Positions 36,384 through 48,662 of a DNA stretch of 64,000 nt are shown in pieces. The stretch lies in NCBI GenBank assembly GCA_951406725.2, contig OX597821.1:33232001-33296000 (forward strand), read 5' to 3'. Made by a program: the position numbers and the translations under genes. The stretch's first letter is position 1; each line of letters opens with the position of its first letter. Origin of the DNA: Octopus vulgaris. Lineage: Eukaryota. A model generated the notes under the pieces. It searched no databases. It was not told where the DNA came from and saw only the letters and a list, made by a program, of their open reading frames with translations.

Positions 36384-37633
36384 TAAGGTATAAAGGTGTG
36401 GATGTTATTTACATGGCATGAATCAAGATGTAGTTCTTTTTTTTTTGTTGAGTATCTTGAAAATTCCTTTAAATTAATTGTTCTATAATTTACTTCTTGC
36501 TTTTAACTACCTCATTAACGTGTTGAAGATCAACACCAACTGCAATGTATCGCCTTTTTAAGGGAGGCGATGTGTAATCGTTGGGGACGGGAATACCAAC
36601 ATTTTTAAACGAGTTACGTCTTCATTCATATCAAGATAAAACTGTTTATCAATTTCGTTCTCAACTTGTTTTCTAATGTGAAGTGGGACCCACCTTAAAG
36701 ATTTTTAGATCGGGATAACATTCTTTTGTGGTGATGTGTTTTAGTTTAAAATTCTTTTACATCTTTGAATTCCTCAATATCTTTGAATGATGTTTTATCT
36801 CATTTCTGAATATTGACTTGTTCTTTCCGTGTCTCTATTCCGTTTAATAAATAGTCCTGAGTTTCTTCATCTTTCCCCAGTACATTACATGCCCTTGTCC
36901 TGGTTGTACGTTTTTAACTGTTCCCACAGTGCAGTTTAGGGTGTGGTTCTCTGTGAAGCAGATGTAGATTGTTTGAAGTCAACTGTTCTATAAATCAAAA
37001 ATAAAATTTATTGGCTTAAAGGAGGAAAACCAGCGCCCATGACCCTTTTCGGGTCCTCCGAGACAAGTGTGTGGAAGTGAGTAAGTCATCCTCAAGCTGT
37101 GTACCTGGACATAATCATTGCAATAGAGTGAAGTCTGCTAAGTCACCTAAGTGCGAGATGGCGGTGTCAAACAATGAGATGAATTAAGTCTATGTCACTT
37201 GAACGAGAACAATCCTACCAGTTGGCTCTCACAGACTTACCGCCCACCAAATTTCACTCAAAAGCTATATGTGCTCTAGTTGTTAAATAACATATTCTTG
37301 TGAGTTCCTGAAGATATGTAGTATATTTAATAGCTTATTCATTTAGCTTGGATTTTGCCTGACGGAAATATATTCGTTCAGGTTAAGTGGGATTTTTTGT
37401 TTTATTTATTTATTTTCTTTTTTTACGAAGTAGACTTCAAAAACTTTATGGAAGTGGTTATTTTGCCATCCCCACTAATATAACAGTAATTACGTTTTGT
37501 ATGGACCTGCTGTGTGTGTTTCTAATGTCTCACGTTAATGTATCCATGCGATACACGTTGAAGAGTTGTTGTTAGTTATATATTATTGTGAATGCATCTG
37601 AAATTTTGCACTTAAGAAATTTCAGAGACTCTG

Positions 37634-37791
37634 CAGGAGTGGCTGTGTGGTAAGTAGCTTGCTTACCAACCACATGGTTCCGGGTTCAGTCCCACTGCGT
37701 GGCACCTTGAGCAAGTGTCTTCTACTATAGCCTCGAGCCGACCAAAGCCTTGTGAGTGGATTTGGTATACGGAAACTGAAAGAAGCCTGTC

Positions 37792-37843
<52 letters not shown>

Positions 37844-38045
37844 TTGTGTGTGTGTTTGTCCCCCCAACATCGCTTGACAACCGATGCTGTTGTGTTTACG
37901 TCCCCGTAACTTAGCGGTTCGGCAAGAGAGACTGATAGAATAAGTACAAGGCTTACAAAGAATAAGTTCCGGGGTCGATTTGCTCGACTAAAGGCGGTGC
38001 TCCAGCATGGCCGCAGTCAAATGACTGAAGCAAGTAAAAGAGTAA
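37634..38045 (+). mobile_element. SINE group 2, near full length
   Basis: GGAGTGGCTGTGTGGTAAG head, GGTTCAGTCCC B-box-like, GGCACCTTGAGCAAG, internal (AT)n(GT)n, tail GTAAAAGAGTAAA. Confidence 0.88.
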
Positions 38046-38679
38046 ATGTTTTTAGAAGAAATTGATATTTCGCCGACAAAACTACAACTATGATCCCTGC
38101 CCCATCAAATACCTGAACATATTGAACCATATTTGTCTAACCTCGCTAGTAAGATGGAGCCAGGGTCTACGAGAGGGGTGTTTAGCTGGCACATCAGTAT
38201 GCGACCCGAGGAGCCAAGGAGAGATCCGTGACTATCTACTTTGCCCCTCCTAAAAACAGGGCTCTGGACCCTTGAATTTTGAGAGACCCCCAACCTCTAC
38301 CTCGAGGCCAGAAAATGGTTTTGTTTCGCTTTTCCAAATTTCTCACGGAGTCCCTGGTAGTAGCTGTTAGTTCTGCCTGATCAGGAGTCATAAAAACAAT
38401 GGTACACAAATTTATTTTGTAAGCAATCAAGTTTTTCCATAATATGTTATTCCACACCGGTTTCATTCTAATACATAATTATCGTAATGTACATGTGTAA
38501 TGGCTGGTTGTTGACAAACACGTACATACACACATAGCCCCTAAATCATCAGCTGTCCCACCAGGTTGCACTCCCAAACACTATAATTACAGATAACTTC
38601 AAGACACTCAAGACATCTTTGCATAGATGGAGGCAAAGATGATATAACGCAACATTTTATTTCCCAAACAACCCATACC

Positions 38680-38912
38680 TATTTCTTTATTACCCACAAG
38701 GGGCTAAACATAGAGGGGACAAACAAGGACAGACGTAGGTATTAAGTCGATTACATCGACTCCAGTGCGTAACTGGTACTTAATTTATCGACCCCGAAAG
38801 GATGAAAGGCAAAGTCGACCTCGGCGGAATTTGAACTCACAACGTAACGACAGACGAAATACCGCTAAGCATTTCGCCCGGCGTGCTAACGTTTCTGCCA
38901 GCTCGCCGCCTT
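38680..38912 (-). mobile_element. SINE group 1, full length with 12-bp TSD
   Basis: Complete head to tail; ACAACCCATACC at 38668-38679 and 38913-38924. Confidence 0.9.
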
Positions 38913-39376
38913 ACAACCCATACCACCCCACAAACAACCCATACCACCCCACAACTTACTATGCTAACTACAACTCTTTCTCTAGACATCACCTTCTGCT
39001 TCGCATACATACAACTATCATAGTCATTTAGTAGCCAATCTCTAGCTTTCCTCTGACCGCCTATTAATGTTTAATCACGACACACACTCATATCAGTGAA
39101 GAAACATTTAAAAGATGAAGAAACTTCCAAGAGACCGAACAATATATGAATTAAAGATTGCAAAAGTTTTGGCGTGGCCATGGCTGTTTGGTAAAGAAGT
39201 TTGCTTTGCAACCACGTGGTTTCGAGTTCAGTTCCACTGCGAAGCATCTTGGGCAAGTGTATTCTACCATAGCCCCGGGCCGACCAAAACAGTTTCCGTA
39301 CAACAAATTCCCTCACAGACCATTGTATTTTTGTTCGAAAACTTCACTTTGGGTTTTCAATATTTTTCATGCCTTC

Positions 39377-39995
39377 AGGCGGCGAGCTGGCAGAAACGTT
39401 GGCACACCGGGCGAAATGTTTAGCGGTATTTCGTCTGCCGCTACGTTCTGAGTTCAAATTCCGCCGAGGTCAACTTTGCCTTTCGTCCTTTCGGGGTCGA
39501 TAAATTAAGTACCAGTAACACACTGGGATCGATATAATCGACTTAATCCATTTGTCTGTCCTTGTTTGTCCTCTCTGTGTTTAGCCCCTCGTGGGTAGTA
39601 AAGAAATAGGTATTTCGTCTACTGTTACGTTCTGAGTTCAAATTCCGCCGAGGTCGACTTTACTTTTCATCCTTTCGGGGTCGATAAATTAAGTACCAGT
39701 AACACACTGGGGTCGATATAATCAACTTAATCCCTTTGTCTGTCCTTATTTGTCCCCTCTGTGTTTAGCCCCTTGTGGGCAATAAAGAAATAAAAATCGT
39801 TTCCATGCTGGGTAAAATGCTTAGAGCCATTTCTTCCAACTTTACGTTCTGAGTTCAAATTCCGCCGAAGTCGACTTTGCTTTTCATTTTTTCGGGGTCG
39901 ATAAAATAAGTGCCAGTTAAATATTGGCGTCAATGTAATCGTCTCACCCCACTTCCCCCGAAATTACTGGTCTTGTGCCAAAATTTGAAGCCAAT
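39377..39995 (+). mobile_element. SINE group 1 tandem array
   Basis: Full unit, second unit restarting at GGTATTTCGTC (39609), third older unit with the alternative tail; another copy at 40149-40345. Confidence 0.88.
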
Positions 39996-40635
39996 ATTGT
40001 TGATGCCTCAACCTCGCTGTAGTTGAAATGCAAAGATATAGAGGAACAATGCAACGCTGGCACATTGTTGCCAATAACTGAATACTATAGATGCGGGTCG
40101 ACTAATGTCTTGTGAGAGAATTTGGTAGTAAAAACTGTGTGAAAGTTTAAGGCGGCGAGCTGGCAGAAACGTTAGCACGCCGGGCGAAATGCGTAGCCGT
40201 ATTTCGTCTCCCGTTACGTTGTGAGTTCAAATTCCGCCGAGGTCGACTTTGCCCTTTCGGGATTGATAAATTAAATACCAGTTATGCACTGGGGTCGATG
40301 TAATCGACTTAATACCTTTGTCTATCCTTGTTTTTCCCCTCTGTGTTCGATTCAAGGGAGTTCGATGCCGCTGCCCGCATCTATGTCTTCTGCGTATATA
40401 TATGTATGTATATATATGTGTGTATGTATGTATATGAATGTATATATATATGTATATGAATGTATATATATATGAATGTATATATATATGTATATGAATG
40501 TATATATATGTATGTATATATATATGTATGTATATATATACTGAAGATTGAGGGCTTCGAATGTCCCGTCCGTGTTTTTTGTGTCGTCTTCTAACTGTTT
40601 CACGTTCTTGTCCCAGTTTGTATTTTTTTACTTTT

Positions 40636-40673
<38 letters not shown>

Positions 40674-41271
40674 TATATATATATGATGTATATAGGCATG
40701 CACGCGCGCACACACACACAGAACATATTTAATATGAACTTTTACTACGAGTTCAGTATTTGCTCGGATGATTAACTATGAGGTTATGAATAGGCACTGA
40801 CTCATAAGTAGTTTTCATTGAAAACGAAGTGGAAGAAAGAAAGAGTGCAATGATATAATAATTAAATTTCGGTTTTAAGTGCCCCAAAAAACCCCATATA
40901 AATGACCCTAATTTATTCAACCTCCTCTGTACATATATTATATCCGGTTGTAATTATGTTGGTTGCGGTTTAGCTGAGTTTGAGCTCGTTTCATTATCTC
41001 ACGACGTAGCTTTCGATTGTAAATCAATGTCCCGTTAAAGCAGTAGTTCTCAACTTGTTTTTTGTTTTTGTTTTTTACCTATGGACCCCTCTGATCTCTA
41101 TTTTACTCTGGTGCACTCCCATAGCCATTCGATGTTTAAAAACGAATTTTATAGATACTTCTTTCAAAATTCCTATTTTGTTTTTCACACGTTCACTTGT
41201 ATACGTTTACGATTGTACATTCTGAGAGAACATGTTCAGTGGCTTCATAAGAGACCTAGTTGTTTCTTGTA

Positions 41272-41337
<66 letters not shown>

Positions 41338-41339
41338 AA

Positions 41340-41716
41340 GCACTCCGTCGGTTACGACGACGAGAGTTCCGGTTGATCCGAATCAACGGAACAGCCTGCT
41401 CGTGAAATTAACGTGTAAGTGGCTGAGCACTTCACAGACAAGTGCACCCTTAACGTAGTTCTCGGGGATATTCAGCGTGACACAGAGAGTGACAAGGCCG
41501 GCCCTTTGAAATACAGGTACAACAGAAACAGGAAGTAAGAGTGAGAGAAAGTTGTGGTGAAAGAGTACAGCAGGGATCACCACCATCCCCTGCCGGAGCC
41601 TCGTGGAGCTTTAGGTGTTTTCGCTCAATAAACACTCACAACGCCCGGTCTGGGAATCGAAACCGCGATCCTATGACCGCGAGTCCGCTGCCCTAACCAC
41701 TGGGCCATTGCGCCTC
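41340..41716 (-). mobile_element. SINE group 3, full length
   Basis: Reverse-complement tRNA head; closely similar to 19241-19600. Confidence 0.87.
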
Positions 41717-41721
41717 AACAT

Positions 41722-41759
<38 letters not shown>

Positions 41760-41929
41760 TTGTCGGCTCGTTAAAGATACAGGGACGTAAACAAACCAGT
41801 ACCCATTGTCAAGCGGTGGTTAGATACACACACACGACTGACTTCCTCACAGTTTCTATCTACTAATATAATTAACTCCGGGTCGACTGTCTTGTGAGAG
41901 AATTTGGTAGATAGAAACTTATACAAGCG

Positions 41930-41980
<51 letters not shown>

Positions 41981-42589
41981 TAGATAGATAGATAGATAGA
42001 TACCGGAGTAAACACATAAATGTGAAACAAGGTGGAAAAAAGAGTACTCAAATACCAGAGGTAGAGTAATATGCTTTATCTAAAAGCAGCAGAAATTCAA
42101 CAAAAGCTGTTACTCGGCGTTTCACATTCCCGTTCGTCGGACAGTTTTGTTAAACTCCGAGTAACAGTTTAGATAGATAGATAGATAGATCTGTAATATA
42201 ATATGTGACAATTATTCGGTTGCCATAATAAAACTCCGAGTTTGTCTTAATAACTGACGATATGCCGGAGCAGATTTCCGCCCCAACATCCGAAACTCGA
42301 AGTTTTATTATGCCAACCGAATCAGTAGGGGACTGAAAAACTACATGCCAGGCAGCAATTTTCCAACACTGCTCTAACGTCAATTGGCAAGCCATGGGCA
42401 AGGGAATGATACACTAACTAAAACTGCAAAGAATAAGGTGTCAAATGCTGATGGCCTTACGTCTTTCCGAATGATACCTGAAACGAAATGGAAAAAAATC
42501 TAAGTGTATAGTAACTTTTGGGACACCCTGTGTGTGTGTGTGTGTGTGTGCGTGTCTGTATGTATGTATGTGTGCGTTTGTGTGTGTGG

Positions 42590-42875
42590 AGGCACATGGC
42601 TAAGTGGTTAGAGCAGCGGACTCGCGGTCGAGGGCTTGCGGGTTCGAATCTCAGATCGGGCGATGTGTATGTTTATGAGCGAAAACACCTAAGCTCCACG
42701 CGGCTCCGGCAGAAGGTAATGGCGAACTTCTGCTGACTCTTTCGCCACAACTTTCTCTCACTGTTTCCTCCTGCACCTTGCAGCTCACCTGCGACGGACC
42801 GGCGTCCCGTCCAGGTGGGGAACCTATACGCCAAGGAAACCACGAAACCGGCCCTTATGGCTCGAGAAGGAACAA
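42590..42875 (+). mobile_element. SINE with group 3 head and V-domain-like 3' body
   Basis: Head GGCACATGGCTAAGTGGTTAGAGCAGCGGACTCGCGG; ACCTGCGACGGACCGGCGTCCCGTCCAGG resembles the V-SINE central domain. Confidence 0.75.
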
Positions 42876-42936
<61 letters not shown>

Positions 42937-42939
<3 letters not shown>

Positions 42940-43099
42940 CCTCTGTCTTCCCTTCTCTGGATCTTTTCTTCTCCTATGTTTCCGACGAAGAGCTCCGCTC
43001 GAAACGTTAAACCCTCCTTCTTTCCTGAGCGTCCAATAATACTATATTTGTGCCACGTCCTCGCGTTGTTGTGTTTTTTTTGTGTTTTCTTGTTTGGAT

Positions 43100-43102
<3 letters not shown>
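42937..43102 (+). mobile_element. Penelope-like terminal fragment in (AT)n with minimal hammerhead-like motif
   Basis: GTTT-CCGACGA-A-GAGC-TCC-GCTC-GAAAC-GTT-AAAC at 42978-43012; near-identical reverse copy at ~59024-59220. Confidence 0.7.
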
Positions 43103-43154
<52 letters not shown>

Positions 43155-44600
43155 GACTGAAGCAAAATGTTTTCATGTACCGCAAAAATACTACTGTGGA
43201 TCCTTAATTTACTGCTTTGCTTGTATTGACCCCGAAGGGTCATATGGACTTCGGTTGAGAACCACTGGATTAGTGTCTACACATTTACAGGAGCATTAGC
43301 ATTTAATATATGTTACAAGATTTCTGTGCAGTATTCATGCGTTTATTAGGAAGGAATGTGTGGAACGGAAAACGTATGGTATGGTGACGGACTAGATATG
43401 ACTTACAGCGGTAGTCCCCAACCATTGTTCACACTAACGACCTCTTTAATGCAGGATAATCGGGATAACTGCAACCCGTCTAATAAATGAGCCCCGCGAG
43501 ATGGTGTCGCTGTTGCAACAAGTATCGTTGCCTTTGCAATCACGTCCGCGAGGCGCGGCTAAACACCCCATTTGTTCTGGGATGTACAACCCGTAACTTT
43601 CTCCTCCATCCTCCCCCACTCCACTTTTTTCTTTTTCTTTGTTTCCTTGGTGAGGTGGTTATGGTTTTTTTTCCTCAATTATTTGATCGTTTATACTTTT
43701 TTCTGTAAAAATATGTTGTTAATAAAATATCAAATAGTGAAAAGAATCTTTTTTTCTATGAACCGGGCGATGGCGGCCATAACAAAACAATAAATTGCAT
43801 AATGTATAATTTAATTATTATATATATATATATATAATAATATATACTACATATATAATGCAAAAACTGCGATAGTTTATAATGTAACAAGATGAGAGTT
43901 TCAGGAACACTTGAGGGGTGTCTGGTCTTATCTTGTGACATACAATAGTCGAAGAAAAGGAACAAAAAATCTGGCTGTCTTCGATAACAATAAATAACAC
44001 ATTATTCTTCGGGTTCACAGGTAAAATATATACATATATATTTCTTAAGGGCGAACCGGCAGCCAAGTCCACAGGACTGTTTACAAATGTTCACTCGGGT
44101 GAGCCAAGAAGATACGGTCTCCGTTCCCGCTTCGAAGAGAGCTTCTCAATGCGTAGGGTTTTCCCCGAGAGAAGTTCAGTCACGTCCGCCCGTTAGGGCT
44201 GCTCTTCCAAAAAGGACTGATTTAGGGGACGCTCTCAGGTTGCAGTTCCTGCGCATGCGGGAACTTCCGGCGGCCTTTGTGGCCTTAAGCCAATGCTGAA
44301 ACAAAAAAATCAATGGCCGAATTAGTTCCCTTGCGGTACACTTATATTCGTTTCAAAATTCGGTGGCACACCTGAATTAAAATATAATTAAAGGTATAGG
44401 GGAAAAAATTAGATTCAGGTTACACTGCGGCACACCTATCATCGTCTTGTGGTATGCCAGTGTGCCGCAGCATACCGGTTGTGGAGCACCGGGTTAGAGT
44501 GATGGACAAATGTCTTGTGGTATTTAGTTGCGTACTTTACGTTTCGACTTCAAATTCCATTGAGGTCGATTTCGCCTTTTGTCCTTCTAGAACAATAAAA

Positions 44601-45023
44601 GGATCCTTTCGGTTTGAACGGCAGTTTTTAACATAATTTCTAGGTAACTAAAAATTTTAAACCTCGTATACTGGTAGAATGTGTTTATAAAACATCTTTT
44701 TCTCTTGACTTTATTGAGAGAATTCTATAGTTTGTCAGATATTTGTTGGGTTTTTTTCTTCAATTTCTGCAATTTCAACCAATCACTGACGTCTATTGAG
44801 GTAAAAAACATTCGGTGCCGTATGAATATGTCCCTCGTTTAAGTAACAGATTGGGTTTATTTGCATTTGTGAAGAAAAAAAGATACCCTTACCCCCACCC
44901 CTAACCCTAACCCTAACCCTAAAACAGATTGAAATGCAATAGATCGATACAAGGGTCATAATTATGGGTGACAATTTCATATGACATCGCTAGAAAAAAC
45001 TGCCGTTCAAACCGAAAAGATCC
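44601..45023. mobile_element. MITE family A
   Basis: Full TIRs; (CCCTAA)4 island. Confidence 0.9.
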
Positions 45024-45510
45024 CTCTTTCCTATTTTGGTACTCATCTGTCGCAGTTGCTCTGGCCTTCACACACACACACGCGCACGCACACACACACA
45101 TACACACACACATGCACACACACATACACACTATCACGAGCTTGCAGGCTCTCATAAAGTTAGTGTTTTGGCAGTGACACTGGCTGGTGTTTAGAAAATT
45201 GTGAATCAAAGAAATCTCTACGTAATCATTTCATCTACCACAAATGCAGGCCAAATTTCTCTCAAATCACGGAAAGAGGCATAGTCACGAATGCCACCTA
45301 ATCAAAGCCTATATATTTGCTCCATGTGCCCCCAGAGTTTGTCATTGAGGGATTGGCTTACATAGCCACTTAAGGGTTTGCCGCTCTTGCTCATTGTCTT
45401 CGGACACGAAGAATTTTCTTCATCATCATTAATCATCTTAATAATCATCATGTAATATAAATACACATCTATAGGTAGGTAGATAGATAGATAGACAGAC
45501 AGACAGACAA

Positions 45511-45541
<31 letters not shown>

Positions 45542-46035
45542 AATAGGCTTTAGTCAGCCAACATTTACATCTCCGGTTTATTCAATGGCCTCTTTGTTCA
45601 ATTTACAAGCCAAGAAACAACATACACTTTTTGGAATTCTAGTAAAAATTCAATCCTCATTTCTCAGAGATAAGGAAGAATAACACTCCTCCCTCTCACC
45701 ATTACACCAAAGGAAAACTATCGGGAAATGGAGAATGATGTAAGTCTTCACATCCTCACTGTTTATTATTTTTCTTATTTATTATTTCTTTAATAAAAGA
45801 GGCGGTCTCTAAGAAACAAGACTCCACCACAGGACACACACATTACAAACACCATACATACATGGGGGCAGTGTGAGTGAGTGTGTGTGAGAGAGAGAGT
45901 ATAGTCGAATTTTGTAATTGAAGTCGGTTTTCATCTGTTTTTAAGCAAATCTTAGTTTGACGTCAGAGCTGTTGATACAGTATAACATTGTGTAAGATAT
46001 TTGCGATATAAATATATTTACGTGTGCGTGTGTGC

Positions 46036-46119
<84 letters not shown>

Positions 46120-46350
46120 GATGTAGCAAAACCGTTCATAGCAGTTGTTTATTCGCTGTTTATTCACTGATAAAGTTCTATTCTCTCAGCACATAGCTGG
46201 GTTTTCAAGCTATTTTATTTATGAATAACAGCTGGGTGAGTTATTTAGCGCCAGATCAGCACTATCTAGCGGAACCTATGAGGAAAGGTTTTCCGGCCGT
46301 GCCTACCCCGTTTTTTTTTGTTTTTTTTCAGGCATTGTATGTTTCTGACT

Positions 46351-46732
46351 GCGATCCTTCGGTATAAGTACACACGTGGCTTTGTTTACATTTCTGAAGA
46401 TAACAGAAACCCTTTTCTGAGTTCAAATTCTGCCGAGGTCGACTTTGCCTTTCATCCTTTCGGGGTCGATAAATTAAAGTACCAGTTATGCACTGGGGTC
46501 GATGTAATCGACTTAGTCCGTTTGTGTGTCCTTGTTTGTCCCCTCCATGTTTAGCCCCTTGTGGGTAATAAAGAAACAGGTATAAGTACACACGTGGCTT
46601 TGTTTACATTTCTGAAGATAACAGAAACCCTTTTCTCCCACCCCTAACCCAAACCCTAACCCCTCATATATAAAAATAACACTTTCTTGAAATGTATCCG
46701 GTACTTCCAGTACTTATACCGAAGTTATGCCC
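46351..46732. mobile_element. MITE family C with nested group 1 SINE fragment (46419-46578)
   Basis: TIR cores CTTCGGTATAAGTAC...GTACTTATACCGAAG; 8-bp TSD TTCTGACT at 46343-46350 and 46733-46740. Confidence 0.82.
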
Positions 46733-47154
46733 TTCTGACTATATTATCTAACGTCAGCTTAAGACGGTTGGCGGTGATTTGAGTGAGATTTAGTTGTTAT
46801 TTCTAGCAGGTCGAACGACCACGTAAAGATTTGTTGGTTCGTTATCTGGTTGAAATTGTTTTGATGATTGTTATGATGGTGGTGTCCAGTTGCCGGGCAT
46901 AAAAGGTCGGTAGTTCGCATGCTACCATTGTTGCTGCAATCTGTTCATTTGGCAAGATTCTCAATTGTCACGTAGGCCACTCAACAATAAATAAGGGCCA
47001 AGGATTAAGTTTTATTACTGCAAGAAACACGAGGATTGAGTCTCTAATTGATATAAACTTACACGGATGAATCATGTGTTATGAATACACATCATCTAAA
47101 GCAGTGATTCTCAACTAGAATCCACATGATCCCCGAGGGCCCATATAAGATTAT

Positions 47155-47730
47155 AAGTTAAGTAGTTAAGTTAATTTTTTGGCTCAAAAAGCAAAAAGCA
47201 AGGCCATGTAGGAGGGCATGGAGTTATGTACAGGGAGGGTGTTCATGCAAAGAGGTCAGGCCATTTCTGGTCAAGAGAGACTTTGAACCGAGCGGTCGTC
47301 GGCATCTTCACTATCTCATCTGGCAACCCGGATGGAGAAAGCCCCTCTCCTTCGATTGAGATGAAATCGTCGCAGATAGAGCTTTTCGGAGTGACCCCGC
47401 ATCCCACGCTCTGGAGCAGAAGTGAAGAACAGCTCTTTCGAGAGGTTACACTTTCCGCTTATGATGTTGTGAGCAAGAATGAGATCACTACGGCGGCGGC
47501 GTTTTTCAAGAGAATAAAAGTCGAGCGTCTTCAGCCTTTCTTCATAAGACAAATGCTTGAGACCAAGAACCATGCGGGTAGCCAGCTTCTGGACTCTTTC
47601 GAGATGATGTATGTCTTTGAGGAGATAAGGAAAAGAGGCTTGAATCCCGTACTCCAATATGGGTCTCACCAGCGTGACATAGAGCGGTAGGAATATGGCT
47701 GCTGTGAGCATTCCGAATGACCGTGGGGTC
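47155..47730 (-). mobile_element. CR1-clade LINE 3' fragment inside a hAT-like MITE (~47102-47945)
   Basis: LYVTLVRPILEYG...LERVQKLATRMV.GL..LSYEERLK.L...SLEKRRRRSDLI...RGHSEKL is the classic CR1 ORF2 C-terminus; short-repeat (TTAAC-like) tail. Confidence 0.9.
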
Positions 47731-47969
47731 CACGCTAGCAAAATATTAAATTGAGGCTCCACGCCAGTATTTTAAGGGTCTGTGAAAAAAAGTTTTGATT
47801 TAGATGTAGTTATTGCAAGTAATAGCTAAATTTCTTTCTCTGACCTTCTCAAGTCAATGTGTGAATAAACAAAATAGGAATTTCGAAAGAAGTATCTATA
47901 AAACTCATTTATAAACATCGAATGGATATAAGGGCCCACTAGCATAAAATGGGGGATTGCTTTTTGACC

Positions 47970-48662
47970 TACAGATTTAAAAAATAATTTTTTGTAACTA
48001 AACACTTTCAAATTTCAGACACTGGTAGAATATGTCATATAAGACATGTTTTACTCTTGGCATTTTTGAGAAAAACTTATATTTACGAAGTTATTTCACG
48101 TTAAAGTTCTCGTATTCCCGGTAATTTCAACCAATCAGTGACGTGTATTCAGCTGAATAAAATCACTGCTGTTGTTTACAGGTGTTCAAATTTTGATAAT
48201 TTTCAGAATTTTCAGCCAATCAGAAAACAGCGCGTTCGCTGCCTCTTCTATCATCAAAGGGCAGGGGGTATCGGCATGTCAAAACAATAAACTAGAATTG
48301 TTGAGTGTGAGTTCCATCTGTTATAGAACAAGTGGTAGTTACACTCCTTGTGCGCATGCGCAGCATCTTTGGTTACTATGGGAGCAGAGTTCTTAGCAAT
48401 CAGCGATGGAACACGTGCAACTTCTTTGCTTTGGTTACTATAGAAACAAACTTCTTCACCACGGTGATGTCTAAAATACTCTCTTCTGATTGGCTACAAT
48501 ACCTAAATTTTGCAAATTTTAAAGGCTAATAACTCTTTAATTATGGATTTATAGGGGAAATGAATTTCATTTTCAGAATTAGTATACAAAACTTAATCCA
48601 TATAGCAAATTTGAAAACAAATGGAACAAAATTGTAAACAGTGATGAAAACCTCAAAGATCT
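47970..48662. mobile_element. Diverged element related to MITE A/B
   Basis: Shares TAACTAAACACTTT...CTGGTAGAAT and TTTCAACCAATCAGTGACGT blocks; ends AAAGATCT. Confidence 0.55.

Noticed and set aside
38150-38300. HDV-like ribozyme hint on the minus strand (GGC-TCCTCGG-GTC as P3/L3, CTAA as J4/2)
   Set aside because: No complementary P1 and P2 partners or GG for P1.1 could be found.
44898-44922. (CCCTAA)n as a sign of a chromosome end or fusion site
   Set aside because: Only 2-4 units and always inside MITEs.
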